Source: Eledone cirrhosa
Lineage: Eukaryota
Reading direction: 5' to 3'
DNA: 64,000 bases
NCBI GenBank assembly: GCA_964016885.1
Contig: OZ024745.1
Location: 82,894,001-82,958,000, forward strand
In this document: positions 1 through 14,033 of the stretch, one piece after another
Position numbering within the stretch: position 1 is the first letter of the stretch
Layout of the letters: each line of letters starts with the position of its first letter
Translations under genes and position numbers: made by a program
The notes under the pieces: generated by a model
Database searches by the model: none
What the model saw: the letters and a program-made list of their open reading frames with translations, nothing else
Told to the model about the DNA's origin: nothing

Positions 1-89
1 AGAAAAAGAAAGAGAGTGAGAGAGGTAGCGACTGGAGTAAAATTTAAAATCAGATTGTCACCTAATTTTAGTTTGGATTTCAATTTAAT

Positions 90-830
90 AATTAATCACT
101 TTTCGAAATAGAATCACTATTTATTGGGAGTTAGCTCAAAAGATAAAAGCCCAAGATGGAGCTAGAATGTTTGAACACAGATTAGTGCAACACAAAAATA
201 ATTACCATCAATTATTTTGCTCTCCAGGATAATCTCCATCCCAAATCATTTGAGCTTTACTGCATTTTCTTGTTCTCAAAACCAAAGCAGAATGTAAACC
301 TTAAGTTAATGCTAAATGTTACAATACTAATTATTTCAAGTTAACATTTTACAAATGCCTCAAAATCACATATTGAGTATTTATGTAAGATGATTACATA
401 TAGAACGTTATACCACACAATCCCCACTGAATTTAAGATGACCCTCGTAAATTCGAAACAATATTTATTGTCGTATCTCTAGATTCTGATTTCAAATTTG
501 ATTTGTTAGAGACCAAGTATATTTTTAATTTTTCCGGAAATGTAAAATATTTAACATACATATCTTAGCACCAATGAAATTGGCTATATCCCTGTTTTAT
601 AATTGTATAACGTTGGGAGAAATTAATGGTAAAAACAAACGTCCGGGATGAGGACAGCGGTAAAAAAGTTAATCTCTCTTCATTCCCTGTTTCAACGATT
701 TTATTTAGAGTCAATAAACCCATCAAGGTTTTACACTCCCAGACCAATTCTTTCCTCCTTCGAAAACAGAGAATACTTCGGCCAAGTCGAAAGAAACCGA
801 CTTTTAAAATAAACATTTAAAACTATTATG
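90..830 (+). pseudogene. Possible highly decayed cadherin/protocadherin-like coding remnant
   Basis: Plus-strand fragments in shifting frames resemble successive cadherin-repeat motifs: NHYLLGVSSKDKSPRWS, DDPRKFETIFIVVSLDSD..ETKYIFNF, VRDEDSGKKVNLS..LFRVNK. Many stops and frameshifts; similarity judged by eye only. Confidence 0.3.
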
Positions 831-1061
831 GAAATGTTTTTCTCTTCATTATTGGTGTTATTAAATTTTAGGAAGCTTTTCTGTAATATTTAGTCCGATG
901 TCCTGAACTGAGAAAGGTTGCAAAATTATGGCTATTTTGATTTTGGAAATTAGTAATGTTAATTGCTGATAACTTATATTTGATTTGGTATCGTTACCGC
1001 ATAAGCCAATAAATGTCATTGTTGTTCAAAGAGAAAGAGAAAGAGAAAATTAGATAATAAA

Positions 1062-1685
1062 TATATTTTCAAAGACCTGCTACAGTGTGAATATTTGGTC
1101 GGCTGTGCGAGTTTCGACTCAACAATTACCTTACATCTTTTTGCCAGAAAATTAGCATAGGCTTTACCGGGGAGGTTTAACAAAGAGATCCCTCTACAAC
1201 TGGAGCAATCCCTCTTGTCTCCCTCTGTAAACATTGGGATTATCACTCCCGATTGCCATTGCCTAGGTACCTTCCCAGAGATCTACGCAATCCGGTACAC
1301 AGGAGTTAGTCACAGAATACCTTCTCCATTGAAGACTTTTAACATCAAGGTTCGAACTTTTTAAATTTCTTTAATTGCTTTCGTGACCTCAGCGTCCTCG
1401 AAGTTAGTATTCTTTCTCAGTTGCACCTCCTGTAGATCAGACGATGCTGGTATAAACTGGCTTAGCAAGCTATTCTCTCTACCCCACGAAGATGCACCTC
1501 TCTGCAGACGCATTCCTGGTAGCAGGAGGGGAGGAGTGGTCCTTATTACGAAAACAACGGATGTTCTGGCAATACATTTTAATTGCTGATCTGAAGTCGG
1601 ATTCCAGCTTAACTCCAAAGTTCTCCCTTACCTTAACGTTTGATACCTATACTGTCCCTGCTGCGACTTTTCGCGCCTGCTTTTA
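1062..1685 (-). mobile_element. RTE-clade LINE, inverted 5' segment (linker and start of RT)
   Basis: Minus-strand peptides ENFGVKLESDFRSA, EVTKAIKEI, IIPMFTEGDKRDCSSCRGISLLNLPGKAY and TADQIFTL*QVFE. Confidence 0.85.
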
Positions 1686-2470
1686 CCGCAAGTGCAAGAG
1701 GAGGACTTATTTCCTAGACAAGGTTTGTGCGCGTCCTTCTCTGCACATGACTTGGTATTACTTAACTCATCAGAAGATGATTTTCGACATGCACTTGATA
1801 AGTTTGCTTCCGATTGATGCACGTCTGGAATGAAAATCAGTACTGCAAAGACTGAGACACTAGTCCTCTTAAAGAAGCCTGCGTAGTGCAATCTACATGA
1901 GAGTTGAGTTACACTGAAGCAGGTGGAGAAGTTAAAGTATTTCGGGGTTGCGGTCATGGGTGGCAGAAGGCAGGAGGTAATGAAAAGAAGGGAGGTAGGT
2001 GTAAAAGCAAAACTTCAATTCGGTATTCGTGCGAACCCTTACCTATGGTCATGAATCTTGGGTAATGATCGAAAGAATACGATAGCGAATACAAGCAGCC
2101 GAAATGGGGTTCTTCCGAAGGGTCTTTTGAGTAAAGTTACTCGATAGAGCGCGTAGTTCGGAGATCAAAAAGTAGCTCCAGATAGGGCCACTACTTATCC
2201 GAATTCAAAGATCACAGTTCCAATATTACAGACACCTGGTTAGTTTGTCTCAGGAAAAAATCGATGAGTAAAACAAACCCGTAGGAGACACAGGGGTAGA
2301 ATCGGAGCATGTTGGTTGAATATCATCCATGAGTTCAGTTAGTCTCGCTTGGTGATCAGGCCGAATCAATTGGAGAAGGATGCTTCTAACAGGACATGAT
2401 AGAAGGCGTACTTGAGGACACTTTGGCTCCCCGTGGCCATCCCAAGAATAAGTAGGTGAAGAAGAGGAAA
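1686..2470 (+). mobile_element. RTE-clade LINE, 3' segment (RT C-terminal half and tail)
   Basis: Degenerate xADD motif (SAHDLVLL), GMKISTAKTE, LKQVEKLKYFG, LTYGHESWVM..IQAAEMGF and a GAA-rich tail. Same family as the copies at 9225, 17445 and 18600. Confidence 0.9.
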
Positions 2471-3983
2471 AATAACTTTTCGGTAATGAAGAAATGAGTA
2501 GAAGTTAGTTCAGTGACTTAAAGGAAATAATAGAGAGGAGAGAGGAGATAAAGAGCATCAGAGAGGGTGTCTGATATAGAGAAGCGGTGTTTGAGAGAGT
2601 GACTGAATGAGATATTGGCAGAATAGAAAAAAAGCAATAAGTCGCACACATATCACTCCCCAAAACTTAAACATTCATTATTTTTTGCACTGTTTTTTTA
2701 ATATTACCTTCCCAATTATTAATTTCAAAATCCTGTTCCATCAGTGAATCGTGTACTCTTAGAAAAGTATATAGTGATTGATCAACAATCAGCGATGCAA
2801 TTTACATACTTATTGGCGCCGGTATTGAGTTTGAGATGTTAATTTCCACCATCATAAAAATATAGATTACAGACAAAATGATTAAATATACTTGCTCCAT
2901 ATATTCCTTAAATCTTCCTTAAAATATACATACCCCACCATCATGAAAAAGGAAAAAGATAATCTGGATAGCATGGTCTCTGTTGTAAATATTTCATCAA
3001 TGGTGTCTTCCACCAGGGAAAACGTACCGAAAATAGGACAGGAGAATTTGGCGACTTCAATAATCATGTCGTTTGTGGTTTCATATATGTCAATTTGTTA
3101 TCCTTATCCGCCTCAATTATAACAATTATGCCCAATCACCACAAATTCCTCGACTATATGAAGATGAAAGACAAAATTGATACAGAGACATTTGAAATCA
3201 AGTCACAAAAGAGACTAATGATTAAAAAGACGCCTGAACACCGATTTAGCGCTTCTGTAACTCATTCGACCTAATCTAATATATAATGGAGTCATCCGAT
3301 TAATAGATAAATCTTTACGGCCGAATTTGCAGACAATCATTTTGTTTATTCTAAAATGCCGAATTACTTTTTTGAAAAGGCAAATATTCGTACGTGTAAC
3401 TCACCGTTTTTATCAGGAAATTTATATCATTCTATATCTTAACGATTTCCAATCTCGGAGAAGTGCGAGGATTCGAGCCACTAACGTTTCGATTTGTTGA
3501 TAATTACTATAACGACTATAACGTCTGCACAGGCATTTTTGCACAATCACAGCTGTCTTTAAAATGATATTTTGAAATGTGTGTCTCATCTTTTAAAATA
3601 TTTACATAATTTTTCCCGAAGGATTCGTTTTAGTTTGTGAGAATAAAACCAAACCTGAAAACTAAGAATTTGATCACAGTGATAATAAATTTTGAAAATC
3701 AACAAGCAAACGATTAAAAAACAAAAACAAAAATGTTTACTTTTCCTTCAACTAAAATACTGACGTATACTAACGTTGAATATATTGCTTACATATTTGA
3801 ATAGTTAACCGAAATCTCTTGGGTTAAATAAGTTTTCGATGTAATCAACACTTAATGCTACGTGGCAACGAAAACGCCATTGCGTAGCAACTCGGATTGC
3901 TAGAAATAATAGCATGTTTCCTGTAAAATTGTATCATAATGGCTTAAATAATGAAAGAAAAGATTGAATAATGACGTTTTATA

Positions 3984-4034
<51 letters not shown>

Positions 4035-4221
4035 CAAGAAAAAAAAGAAGATTTTCGGTCTACATGGCCGAATACAATAAATGTAATCTGGGTTTTTCGA
4101 ATAATTATTAATAATAATATTCGATTCGTTTGCATGCTAACACAAGAGCAAGAATGAGGAGCTCATTCTCCTGACGTGGCTTTAAAAAAGAGGCTGTTTG
4201 CATAATTGCAAATGAATCGAA

Positions 4222-4325
4222 TATTATAATCCCACCGAGGTTATCTTTGCCTTTCATCCTTACGGAGTCGATAAAATAAAGTACCAGTAATGCACTGGTT
4301 AATTGCTGGTAGAAACAATTATTAA
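4222..4325 (+). mobile_element. tRNA-derived SINE, 3' half
   Basis: Core TTTGCCTTTCATCCTTACGGAGTCGATAAAATAAAGTACCAGT shared with the full copy at 40374-40560. Confidence 0.85.
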
Positions 4326-4385
4326 TATTCGTAAAACTCAGATTACATTTATATATATATATATATATATGTGTGTGTTTGTGAG

Positions 4386-4625
4386 TAGAGGTTATATTTA
4401 ATTTGTTGTGATACAACAACCAAAATATCTTTAAAACTGATATAAAGCACTCAACAAATTAATTGGAGTAAATATACAATATATTAACAAATGGAAACTA
4501 TATTTATAAAACCATATTTATTTCATTATACATATTTCAAGGGCCACCAAGGCAGATTATGGTGCGCTTTCATCAGATAAAATATAATATAGATTAGTTT
4601 TATAAATAAATATTGACATACCCTG
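4386..4625 (-). repeat. PLE pseudo-LTR-like repeat carrying a hammerhead (family A)
   Basis: Reverse complement of 36622-36860 with scattered substitutions; lies next to (TA)n. Confidence 0.75.
4519..4584 (-). ncRNA. Minimal type I hammerhead ribozyme (family A)
   Basis: Minus strand: TATTTTAT-CTGATGA-stem II (AAGCGCACCA/TGGTGGCCCTT)-GAAA-TATGTA-TA-ATGAAATA; 8-bp stem I. Confidence 0.75.
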
Positions 4626-6311
4626 AAAAATGCAACCTTTACGGTTGGAGTCTCCCGGATAGTGGAGATATTAGATTTATTGTTGGTTTGTTATGCAAAT
4701 TAGTGTCGGAAGGGTTTAAATAACAGTATATTTAAATTACGTCGTTGGAAGAGGGAAAAAAGAAAGAGAAAAAGAAAGAGAAGAAGAAATAGAAAAAGAA
4801 AGAGAAAGAGAAACAACGTGAGTATATTTAAGTGAGAAAAAATATTAGTTATAAGGGCAGTAATAGCGTAATTATTGTTTACGTTATGAGAGAAGAAAGG
4901 AAGAAATGATATATCGTAGATGAATAATAGCCGGATTCATTATAATGATAGGTTGATGAATTTTATCTAGGGTTTAATTAATAAATTTGATTAAATGTTT
5001 AATTAATAATTTATCAATTCAATCAGTAGTTTAAATGTGTATGTTAAAAAACTTTTATATACATTTATATATACTATTAAAAAATATACTATTATTACAA
5101 AACCATATTATCATTAATTATTAAAAAATTATTTAAAAATTATTAAAAATTAAAAATTAAAAAATTATAAAAAAAAAAAATATTAAAAAAATTATTAAAA
5201 ATTAATTATTAAAAAAATGTAGGTTTAAAGTATCCGAACAATTCTAAGCCCATGGAAATTCAGAGAGTTTACAGAAGAATAATCCCTTATTTGTATTATA
5301 ATAGCAGTACAGCGTAAAGGAAAATTGTTAGTGATTTATTAATAATTCAGGTAACTCTAAGGATTAAATGCTATAAAGTTAAGAAGTTAAAAATTTAAAT
5401 TTTCCATCTTAATAATGTAATTAGAGTATGAATCTTATGTTATTTTATAGCAAGTTATAAATTTATAAATTCACAATTCTAGCTCTCATACAGTTATAAC
5501 TGTTAAAACATAAATTTGCTTGCTATAACGTCATAACATTTAGAAATTATAATATTTAAAATTTTCATAGGAATATATCCAAAGCATAAACCATAAACAC
5601 TTCCATAAGAGTATATTTATAGAATATATTTAAAGTATAAATTTTAGGTTATACCATATACATCAAATCACTATGTTTATCTCATATATATATAAATATT
5701 TTGATATATATATATATATATTAAGCATTTGAAAAATATAAGAATATAGAAATATAAAATACACAATATAAAATATGAATTATAATGAATTTAAAAAATA
5801 TAAGAATATAGAAATATAAAATACACAGTATAAAATATGAATTATAATTTTCTTATACCCATCAGAGGAATTTTCAAAAAATTTTCTTTTAATCTTTCAG
5901 TACGTTTATCAAGAAAATTTTCCAAGAAAAAAATGTTTCTTTAAAAAAGTTATAAGCAGTCACATGAAGGAATCTAATGATTTATCGATAGGTGTAATAA
6001 AGTATAGTTTATATGTATTACATTTTATATATATATTTAAACGTTGAGTTCAACCGATGTTTACAAGAACTGAAAAGATTATTCCTTAAATTAACAGAAT
6101 TTTTACTTTTTAATATAAAGAATATTTCCTCGATACAAAGAGCACAATTTTCAAATGAAACATTGAATGGAGGAGCTTTGGAGATAATATTCCAAAGTAA
6201 AGAATAGTTAGTGTTTTTTGATTTAAGGTCCCATCGTAAATTAGATACAGAAGTTGATGATTTTTTATTTATATTCGTAAAAGAGCATTTATAGTTTCCA
6301 TTTGTTAATAT

Positions 6312-6348
<37 letters not shown>

Positions 6349-9224
6349 ATACTGTGGGAGGGTCATGCTTCCAACAATAAAATCCCCCACACCTGTTGGT
6401 TTTCATTTTAATTTATCATAAATTTCCAGCTGGTTAGTTTAATAACCGGATGATTGTTTATTTGTTTATTGTCACACATTCTGTGACCTCACTGACTAAT
6501 TTGAGATTTTGCGTGTCTCCTTTATTTTATCCTACAGCATCTTTCTTTTTGTGAGTTATATTCTGTGTACTTGGGTTACGCATGCGTTATATCTGGGTGA
6601 GTGTCTGTGTTATTTATTTATTTATTCGTTTATTTACTTGTCGTTAGTTAGTTGCTTGTTCTAGTTGTACACAACTTAGAAAAACAAAATGTGTTGAAAT
6701 AAATATTGTTATAATTTTGAGAGGATCCTACTGCCAATGAAACACACGAACTTGTTGGTTTTCATTTCAATTTATTATAAATTTCCAGTTGGTTAGTTTA
6801 ATAACTGGATGATTGTTTACTGTCAAAGCTCTTTCGTCACGCATTCTATGCTCTCTAATAACTTATTTGTTATGAGAGATGCTCAATAACAAATTACTAA
6901 CTGTGGAGGTCAGTATCTATTTCAAAACACGTTTGCAGATGAGACATCTTGCAAAAGAAATACAAAAACGAAGTACCATAAGCTTTAGCCAAGCTAACGA
7001 GACTCTGAAAACCACCATACACTGTTTTCTGAAGAAAACATTAACAACTCGATTACTACACTTCATAAAACAATGTGTCTCAGAAAACTCTTTCAGAACA
7101 TGACAAAACATTTTTTTTTAATATTCACTATTTAACATCTAGTATTTGATAAGATTGTTATACCAGCCAAAATCGGTTATATTTAATGCAACAATTATAA
7201 CATTATTCATTCTTTCGAATTAAAGAAAAAACAATCTTTAAATATATTTTGTGCAATTTCATCTTCATTTTTTAACTTCACAACACAATACAGAATGACC
7301 AAAGATGACAGTGAAAACGGTCAGAACCACCAGCATCACTACCACCACTACCAACACCAATACAACTTAATGATTAATTTATATGAAGTATTTTAAGTAC
7401 ATTGCTTTAACTTCGTCATTATCCTAAATCTTGATACTTAATGTCAAAATGTGTTTAGAATTAATAAACATATCTCGTCGTAAAATTCTCAGACTTCTTA
7501 AAGAAAATAAAATATGAAGCATATAAGTTAGTGTCTAGCCGACTCACTGATCAATTTTCTCTGAGAAATATATTAACATTACATAATTTCTTCTGTATAT
7601 CATTGAAGATCCCGTCTAGCCGTATTGCAGCGCAATTTCAATGATTTGCTTTTTGTGTTGGTGTTTCCGTTTCCTTTGAACTATATTCCTTTTACAGTAA
7701 CAATGCTGTTAGTTAACATTTTGATGAAATTCATTAATACATATTTCGACTCAATTAAGTGTGATTAAGAGGGATACCGTTGCTACTGAACTGTCTTTCT
7801 ATGTTTGTTTATGCGTGCGTCTGATCACCCCTACTGACACGAGACAAGTTTGGACCCAAAATATATAAGGGATCCAAGATAACGAAATAATTTATCAAAT
7901 ACACGGCCATCATTTATTCAGCAACAACTATACATCTTCTGTTAACCATTCATAGTGATTTGAATTAAATTAAACTCAACTCATTCTGTTGCTATATTTG
8001 ATTAAGGAAATATTTCGTTAGAGTAAAACGAATATTTCCTTTCATGTAAAACACTCAGACACAGAAAATATTTGTAAACTCTGTTGGTTGTTATAAACAA
8101 TAGCTTAGAAAATCTTGTAAAATACCCCTCTATATGGAAAAAGTGACCAGCAGCCGCTACGAGGAATAGAACTTCGTGTTTACCCAATTTTCTAAGCTAT
8201 TTTTTCCGTCCTCTTCTGCCTGTACGGTCCTTAATGTTTTGCTTCGTATAAACCCTGCGTGGGTTATACAAATATCATTTACAATAACCAACCGTGTTTA
8301 CAGTTGACTTCACAACTCCTCAGTACTTCGAAATTTCGTTACTATGCATAGTATATTTCCTTTATATCCCTTCTTTCTAAGTACTGATATATAAGAATTA
8401 TTGGGACCAATATACAAACACCTTTTTTTTTCTTGGGTAAAACAATTTCATTTAGATAGATTTGAACGTCAAATTATTCTATTTTCTGTCTCTTTCAAGT
8501 CATGTAAGAACTTTTTGCTTATTATCAAACCAAATTACAATGACTGGATGGCTGGATAGCAATTTCTAAATAAAAAGAAATCAACGAAAGAAAAGATACC
8601 ATTAAAATAAAGTAGGTGATCTAATATGTTACATTGATTATGTTATGCACGTTTATACTTTTGACAAGCATTGTGTTCCAATATATACACCACTTGAGAA
8701 AACTATTAAAGAAATCTGAAAGTGTTTAGATGTAATAAATGATTGTAAAAGCAATGGCTGTCATGATAATGAATGAAGAAAAAGTTGATGTAAACAATGT
8801 TGAACACGAAAGGGGGGTTAATAATAATTTCTTTATTGGACAATCAACACATAAAAAACGTTTTATATACCGCATTCGTGTATTATTACCAACATTCTTG
8901 TGGTTATTATCAATTGATACTTAACTTATCTTATACATATTGTGTTAGATTTGTGTTTAAAGCAAAATATTAATATAATTAACAAAATAAATTCACAAAC
9001 TTGTTTTCTGTTCTTTGTGGCGACTGCATGGAATAAAGGAAGCGAATTGGTTCTGTTGAATAGAAACGTTTGCGCTATTCGTTCAAGCTCTCTGGCCTTG
9101 GTGCACAAATCTCATAGTACAGCTTTTTTAAAAATTATTTGAATGCCGATGAATAAAGTATCAGCTCAATGTGAAGTCATCATCATCATCTCTCACTCTC
9201 TCTAATTTCACACTCTATCTATCT

Positions 9225-9851
9225 GTCTTCTTCTTCTTCTTCTTCTTCTTCTTCTTCTTCTTCTTCTTGAGAGAGTCACGGGGGCAGAGTTCTCGAACAC
9301 TCCCTCCAGCGGCTCCTGTCAGAAGCAATCGTGTCCAACTAATCCGGCTGGATCCCCAAGCATGACCAGCCAAGCTGATAGATGTTATCCAACCATCTTA
9401 CTCGGGATCTACCCCTGGGTCTCTTGCCGGTTGGATTTGCCCGTAAAATCTGTCCAGCTATTTTTCCCTGAGACATTCTACCCACATGCCCATAGTATTG
9501 GACCTGTGAACTCTCAATTCAGAGACGTAGCGGCTCTACCTGGAGTTACGCACTTTATCGAGTAACGTTACTCCACCCTTCGAGCAATCCCATTTCGGCC
9601 GCTTGTATTCGCGATCGTATTCTTTCGGTCATTACCCAAGATTCATGACCATAGGTGAGTGTTGGTACGAAAACCGAATTGAAGATAGCGAGTTTGGCTT
9701 TTACGCCTACCTCCCTTCTTCTGAAAACCGAATACTGAAGCTGGTGCATTACTGCACCAGTTTTTGCAATTTTTGTACTTGATTCAGACTCCTGCTTTCC
9801 ATTACTCGTGAACACGGCCCTGAGATACAAAAGCTTCTCTACTTGCTTCAA
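9225..9851 (-). mobile_element. 5'-truncated RTE-clade LINE with (GAA)n tail
   Basis: ORF 9555-9851 (KQVEKLLYL..LTYGHESWVMTERIRSRIQAAEMG); the plus-strand (TTC)n at ~9226-9268 is the 3' tail. Confidence 0.92.
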
Positions 9852-10599
9852 TATTATTAAAAAAAGGTAAAACTAAAGGATTTAAAACCTATCGGAGAAC
9901 ATCTCGCTCTAGGGCAGAACGCAGCTAATTTCTCCATGGAAAAAAAAGAAAGACCGAGAGAGAGAGAGAGAGAGAGAGAGATCGAACGGGCGTCAGGAAT
10001 TTATACTTTATTTATCGATCTCGAAAATGTGAAAGGCAAAGTTATATTTTGTATTTTCAAATAAAACATGGCTCGATTATATCTCATCATGTAAAACAGC
10101 ACACTTCATTGTATCTGTAAGTCTATGAATACCTTTTATTTCATCGAATATATTCCTAAATTTTATGTTTATTCTGTATATGTTTTAGCTATGTCACGCT
10201 ATATCCAATCTGAAAATAAAGTTGGATAAGAAAATTGTCCGTCATCAGGTAAATTTCATAGATAAATAAGATAAATCACTGTAATAGTAAAATAATTCAT
10301 CATGGCAGAATCCACTGGACATGAGACAGGAACATAATATATAGATTTCTTTTGTCTATGATGAAGTATTCATATTTCCGAAGACATAAAATTATATATT
10401 CATTATTCTTGTTCTTTTCGTAAAAATAGCTGCAAATGCGAGGGGCAATGGCTTAAACTGTGCTTCACACTCCTTAATAGTTACGTTCTATGAGAAATGT
10501 CTTGATTTATGGCATAAGAAAAAAAATTGACAAACTTGGAATGGCAGGAACGGTAATGTTAGTATAGCTGAGAATAAGTTTTCATCATTCCGAGTTGGC

Positions 10600-10790
10600 T
10601 AACTTCAATATTCCCCAAACTCGCGTCAAAGAAAAATGTCTTCTGCCTACCGTCTACACAAATGTAAACGATTTCTTTAACTAATTTTTACGGCCTTGCA
10701 GGGAGTGTCCTGTCGTTGCATTTGATGTTATCTACAGATGTCAAAGAAAGTAAATTGCCATGTTTGAAAATGAATTACTAATGGTCATCA
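10600..10790 (+). mobile_element. Possible hAT transposase C-terminal (dimerisation domain) remnant
   Basis: IFPKLASKKNVFCLPSTQ followed by FYGLAGSVL resembles the FPxLAxxAxxxLxxPxTS..FSxAG pattern; short and broken. Confidence 0.25.
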
Positions 10791-11582
10791 TACAATTTTT
10801 TTCTACACTTCTCAGTTCCATTGAGTTAAATTCCACAGTTTTAGTTAATGAAGCATTGAAGCATTCGTCAATATTACAGTCCTCCCGTCAGTAGAAAGTT
10901 ATAATGAGCTTTTCTAGCAACATGTACAACCCCCCCCCCGCGCAAAAAAAAACAACAAAAAAAAAAACAAACCTATCAATTATTAGGAATAGCGCGTGGT
11001 GCTAAATAAATGAGGTTGCATTTTCAATCTTATTTCTTTCAGCAGATATAAATGTGACATAGATATAAGCCCAAGTATCATAATAAACATTATAACTTAA
11101 ATAACTTCAACTAGCAATCGAATCATGCGACGTACATTCTACTCCTTGTCGACTAATCTGTTTTCTTTTATAAAATCACTTTCTATGTTGACACTTTTAA
11201 CTAATAGGGTATTTGTATATCATTAAATACTCATATATTCATTTCGCACGGACGCGTTTAATTTTCTCTTAGGAAATTACAATCTAATAAAAATACCACT
11301 ACTATAAACTGAGACTAACCTGATGGAGCTCTTTCATAGATAAAACCATTACCATTACATTAAGTTAGTTCTTTGCAATTCAACATAAACTACATTTACA
11401 AGAACAATATTCTCTTCGTTTATATCTTAATGAAAACAAAAGTCTGTAACAAAAGAACATTTGAAACTTAAGTTGTTAGAATTAGAAAACGAAACACTAC
11501 TGGCGGAAGTAATACAAATATTTATAGGCTGCTTATACATCTCTCTAAATATATCAATCATGTACAATAAGTATTGAATGCT

Positions 11583-11628
<46 letters not shown>

Positions 11629-11761
11629 CACTAGTAAGAAAATAAAAAAATTGCTAAGATAACAAAAGAATCTTACTTTAGCAAATTTAATGATCCCAAA
11701 TAGTTTTGGGTTTGAAAACCCATTATCAAGGGAGTATCCCATAAGAGACTTAAACATTATT

Positions 11762-11811
<50 letters not shown>

Positions 11812-12130
11812 TATATATATATATATATACATACTCTCACGCATACATACAACCACTCACTTACACACACATACACACATACACACATACACACACATAT
11901 ATATAAATAGTTTCAATAAAAGGTTGCCACAGCAAATGTCACAGACAGACTATAAGGAATATGGGTTCTACATATTTAAAACTACATAGCAATGTTTAAG
12001 TATGTATAGCAATCATATCAAGTAAGATGTTTTGTGACGACTATGGTAATATTTAAGAGCCATTACTATAGGAAAGTTTCAAGATATATCGGTGCCAGAA
12101 TTAGAATCACCTAAATACATGAAGCAAATG

Positions 12131-12201
<71 letters not shown>

Positions 12202-12428
12202 TCAGCGAGAATCGCATTTCGGTGGGTAGAAAAAGCGAGACAAAACGCAAAATTTATGTTGGTGCTTTAGAGCGCTTGCCAGCAGTTATGCTGGCAAGCG
12301 CTCTAAAACACCAGAGGTAAACAATATGTTAAAATGCCATGCAAACTGAAAAAGTGATCAAGAAGGCATTAACCACCTAACCCAAAAAACAAGTCAAGCT
12401 AAACAGGTCAAACAAAATAAATGTTAAA

Positions 12429-12475
<47 letters not shown>

Positions 12476-12854
12476 CCGACCTGGACCCATTGGAATTGAT
12501 GGTAAAATCCAAATGCAGTGTTTCTATGAACCTAAATCAATAATACTGTCTGCTTAAAACTATAAGCTTTTGGTATAATGATCGAACAAGGAATATCACG
12601 TTATCAACAGGTATTTTGCTCTGCGCCAACTTTGTGAATGACGCAGAGATTTGTAAAAGCACATGCGTAACTCACAAGGGGAAACACCCCAGATTTTGGC
12701 AAATGAATTCAGTATGTGTCAAAAAATTGCATAAATAGCACAAATCGAATAAGCACTCAACCGGGTAGTTTTTAAATAAACTTATGCAATTAATCTGTCA
12801 ATAGAATAATTGTAAGACTCGGGAGATTAATACATATATATATATATATATATT

Positions 12855-12901
<47 letters not shown>

Positions 12902-12902
12902 A

Positions 12903-13008
12903 AGTATGACCCCGACGGCAAAGCGCAAGCCGTTTCGACGGCTATTTCTGGACTAAATTAGAATTTTTAGCCTGCTGAATAAGTAGCCGAACTTGTCAAG
13001 GGGGTACT
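12903..13008 (-). ncRNA. Type I hammerhead, U3-A8 core variant (family B)
   Basis: Reverse complement of 14034-14139 with a few substitutions; same fold. Confidence 0.7.
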
Positions 13009-14033
13009 TCCTTATATGGGAAGATTGTAGGATTAACCGCGTGTGACTTCAAGACCCGGCTCTACCAACACCGACATACTTTCTGAAACCCGGTCCGGCG
13101 ACATGCCACTACACTTTCAGGCCACATCTGGGACCTCCAAGATAATAATATAACCTACAATCTCACTTGGAGCTTACTGTCCAGAGCTAACTCTTACACG
13201 GGAGGACGCCGTCCGTGTAACTTTTGCTCAGAGGAAACATTACAAATGCTGTTTTCGAAGGACCAACTCCTAAACAAGAAAGACGAACTGGTAACCGCAT
13301 GCAAACACAGATTGCGTGGGACTTACCTTGCCCTCAAACCCCATAACGACCCGGGTGGGTAGACAAGGGCTGATAACACCCCCCCCACTTGCCGAATAAG
13401 TTAGGGGAAATCACAGATGAATCTTTTTCTTTTCCTCTTTGTCTTCTTCTTCCCCTGTCTCATCCTATCACTTCCTTCCACCCCCTATTTTCCTCCTCGT
13501 CTGTTTTTCCCCTTTCGCCTACCCCGATGCAGCTCATCGGGCCTCTGTAGCATCAGTTCCCCCACCCCTGTAATTTTAAGTTAGAATTGGCCGATTACCT
13601 TTTACTAACTACTTATAGCAGAGATGTTAAAACCCCTTTAATTTTGTTTCAGTTTTGTTACTACTCATTCTACAGGTTTTTTCTATTCTCAACTTATTAA
13701 CCTGTAATTGTAAGATAGCATTGTGATTTATTTTTATTCAATTCTCACTATCTAACTTTATATATTTTTTAATTTCTTTCTATTATCTTTTATTGTCTCC
13801 TACTCTCATTCGATTTACATAATCTATAACCTCCCTCCTCCACTTGATACTTTATCCTTAGAATCTGCTGTATACATATCACCTTCAACGTTGACCGCTC
13901 CACTCACTCCTCTATTGTTCTACAGGCAAGTTCAGCCACCCCTACCTCCCACCAAATGCCATGATAGACTTATTTGTGTTTACAACAAATTTCAACCAAT
14001 CCTCTTGACAACTACAATCTTCCCATATAAGGA

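Noticed and set aside
3856-3903. Hairpin GCTACG..CGTAGC followed by CTAG as a Helitron end
   Set aside because: CTAG is followed by A rather than T and no matching 5' TC terminus was found; left unassigned.
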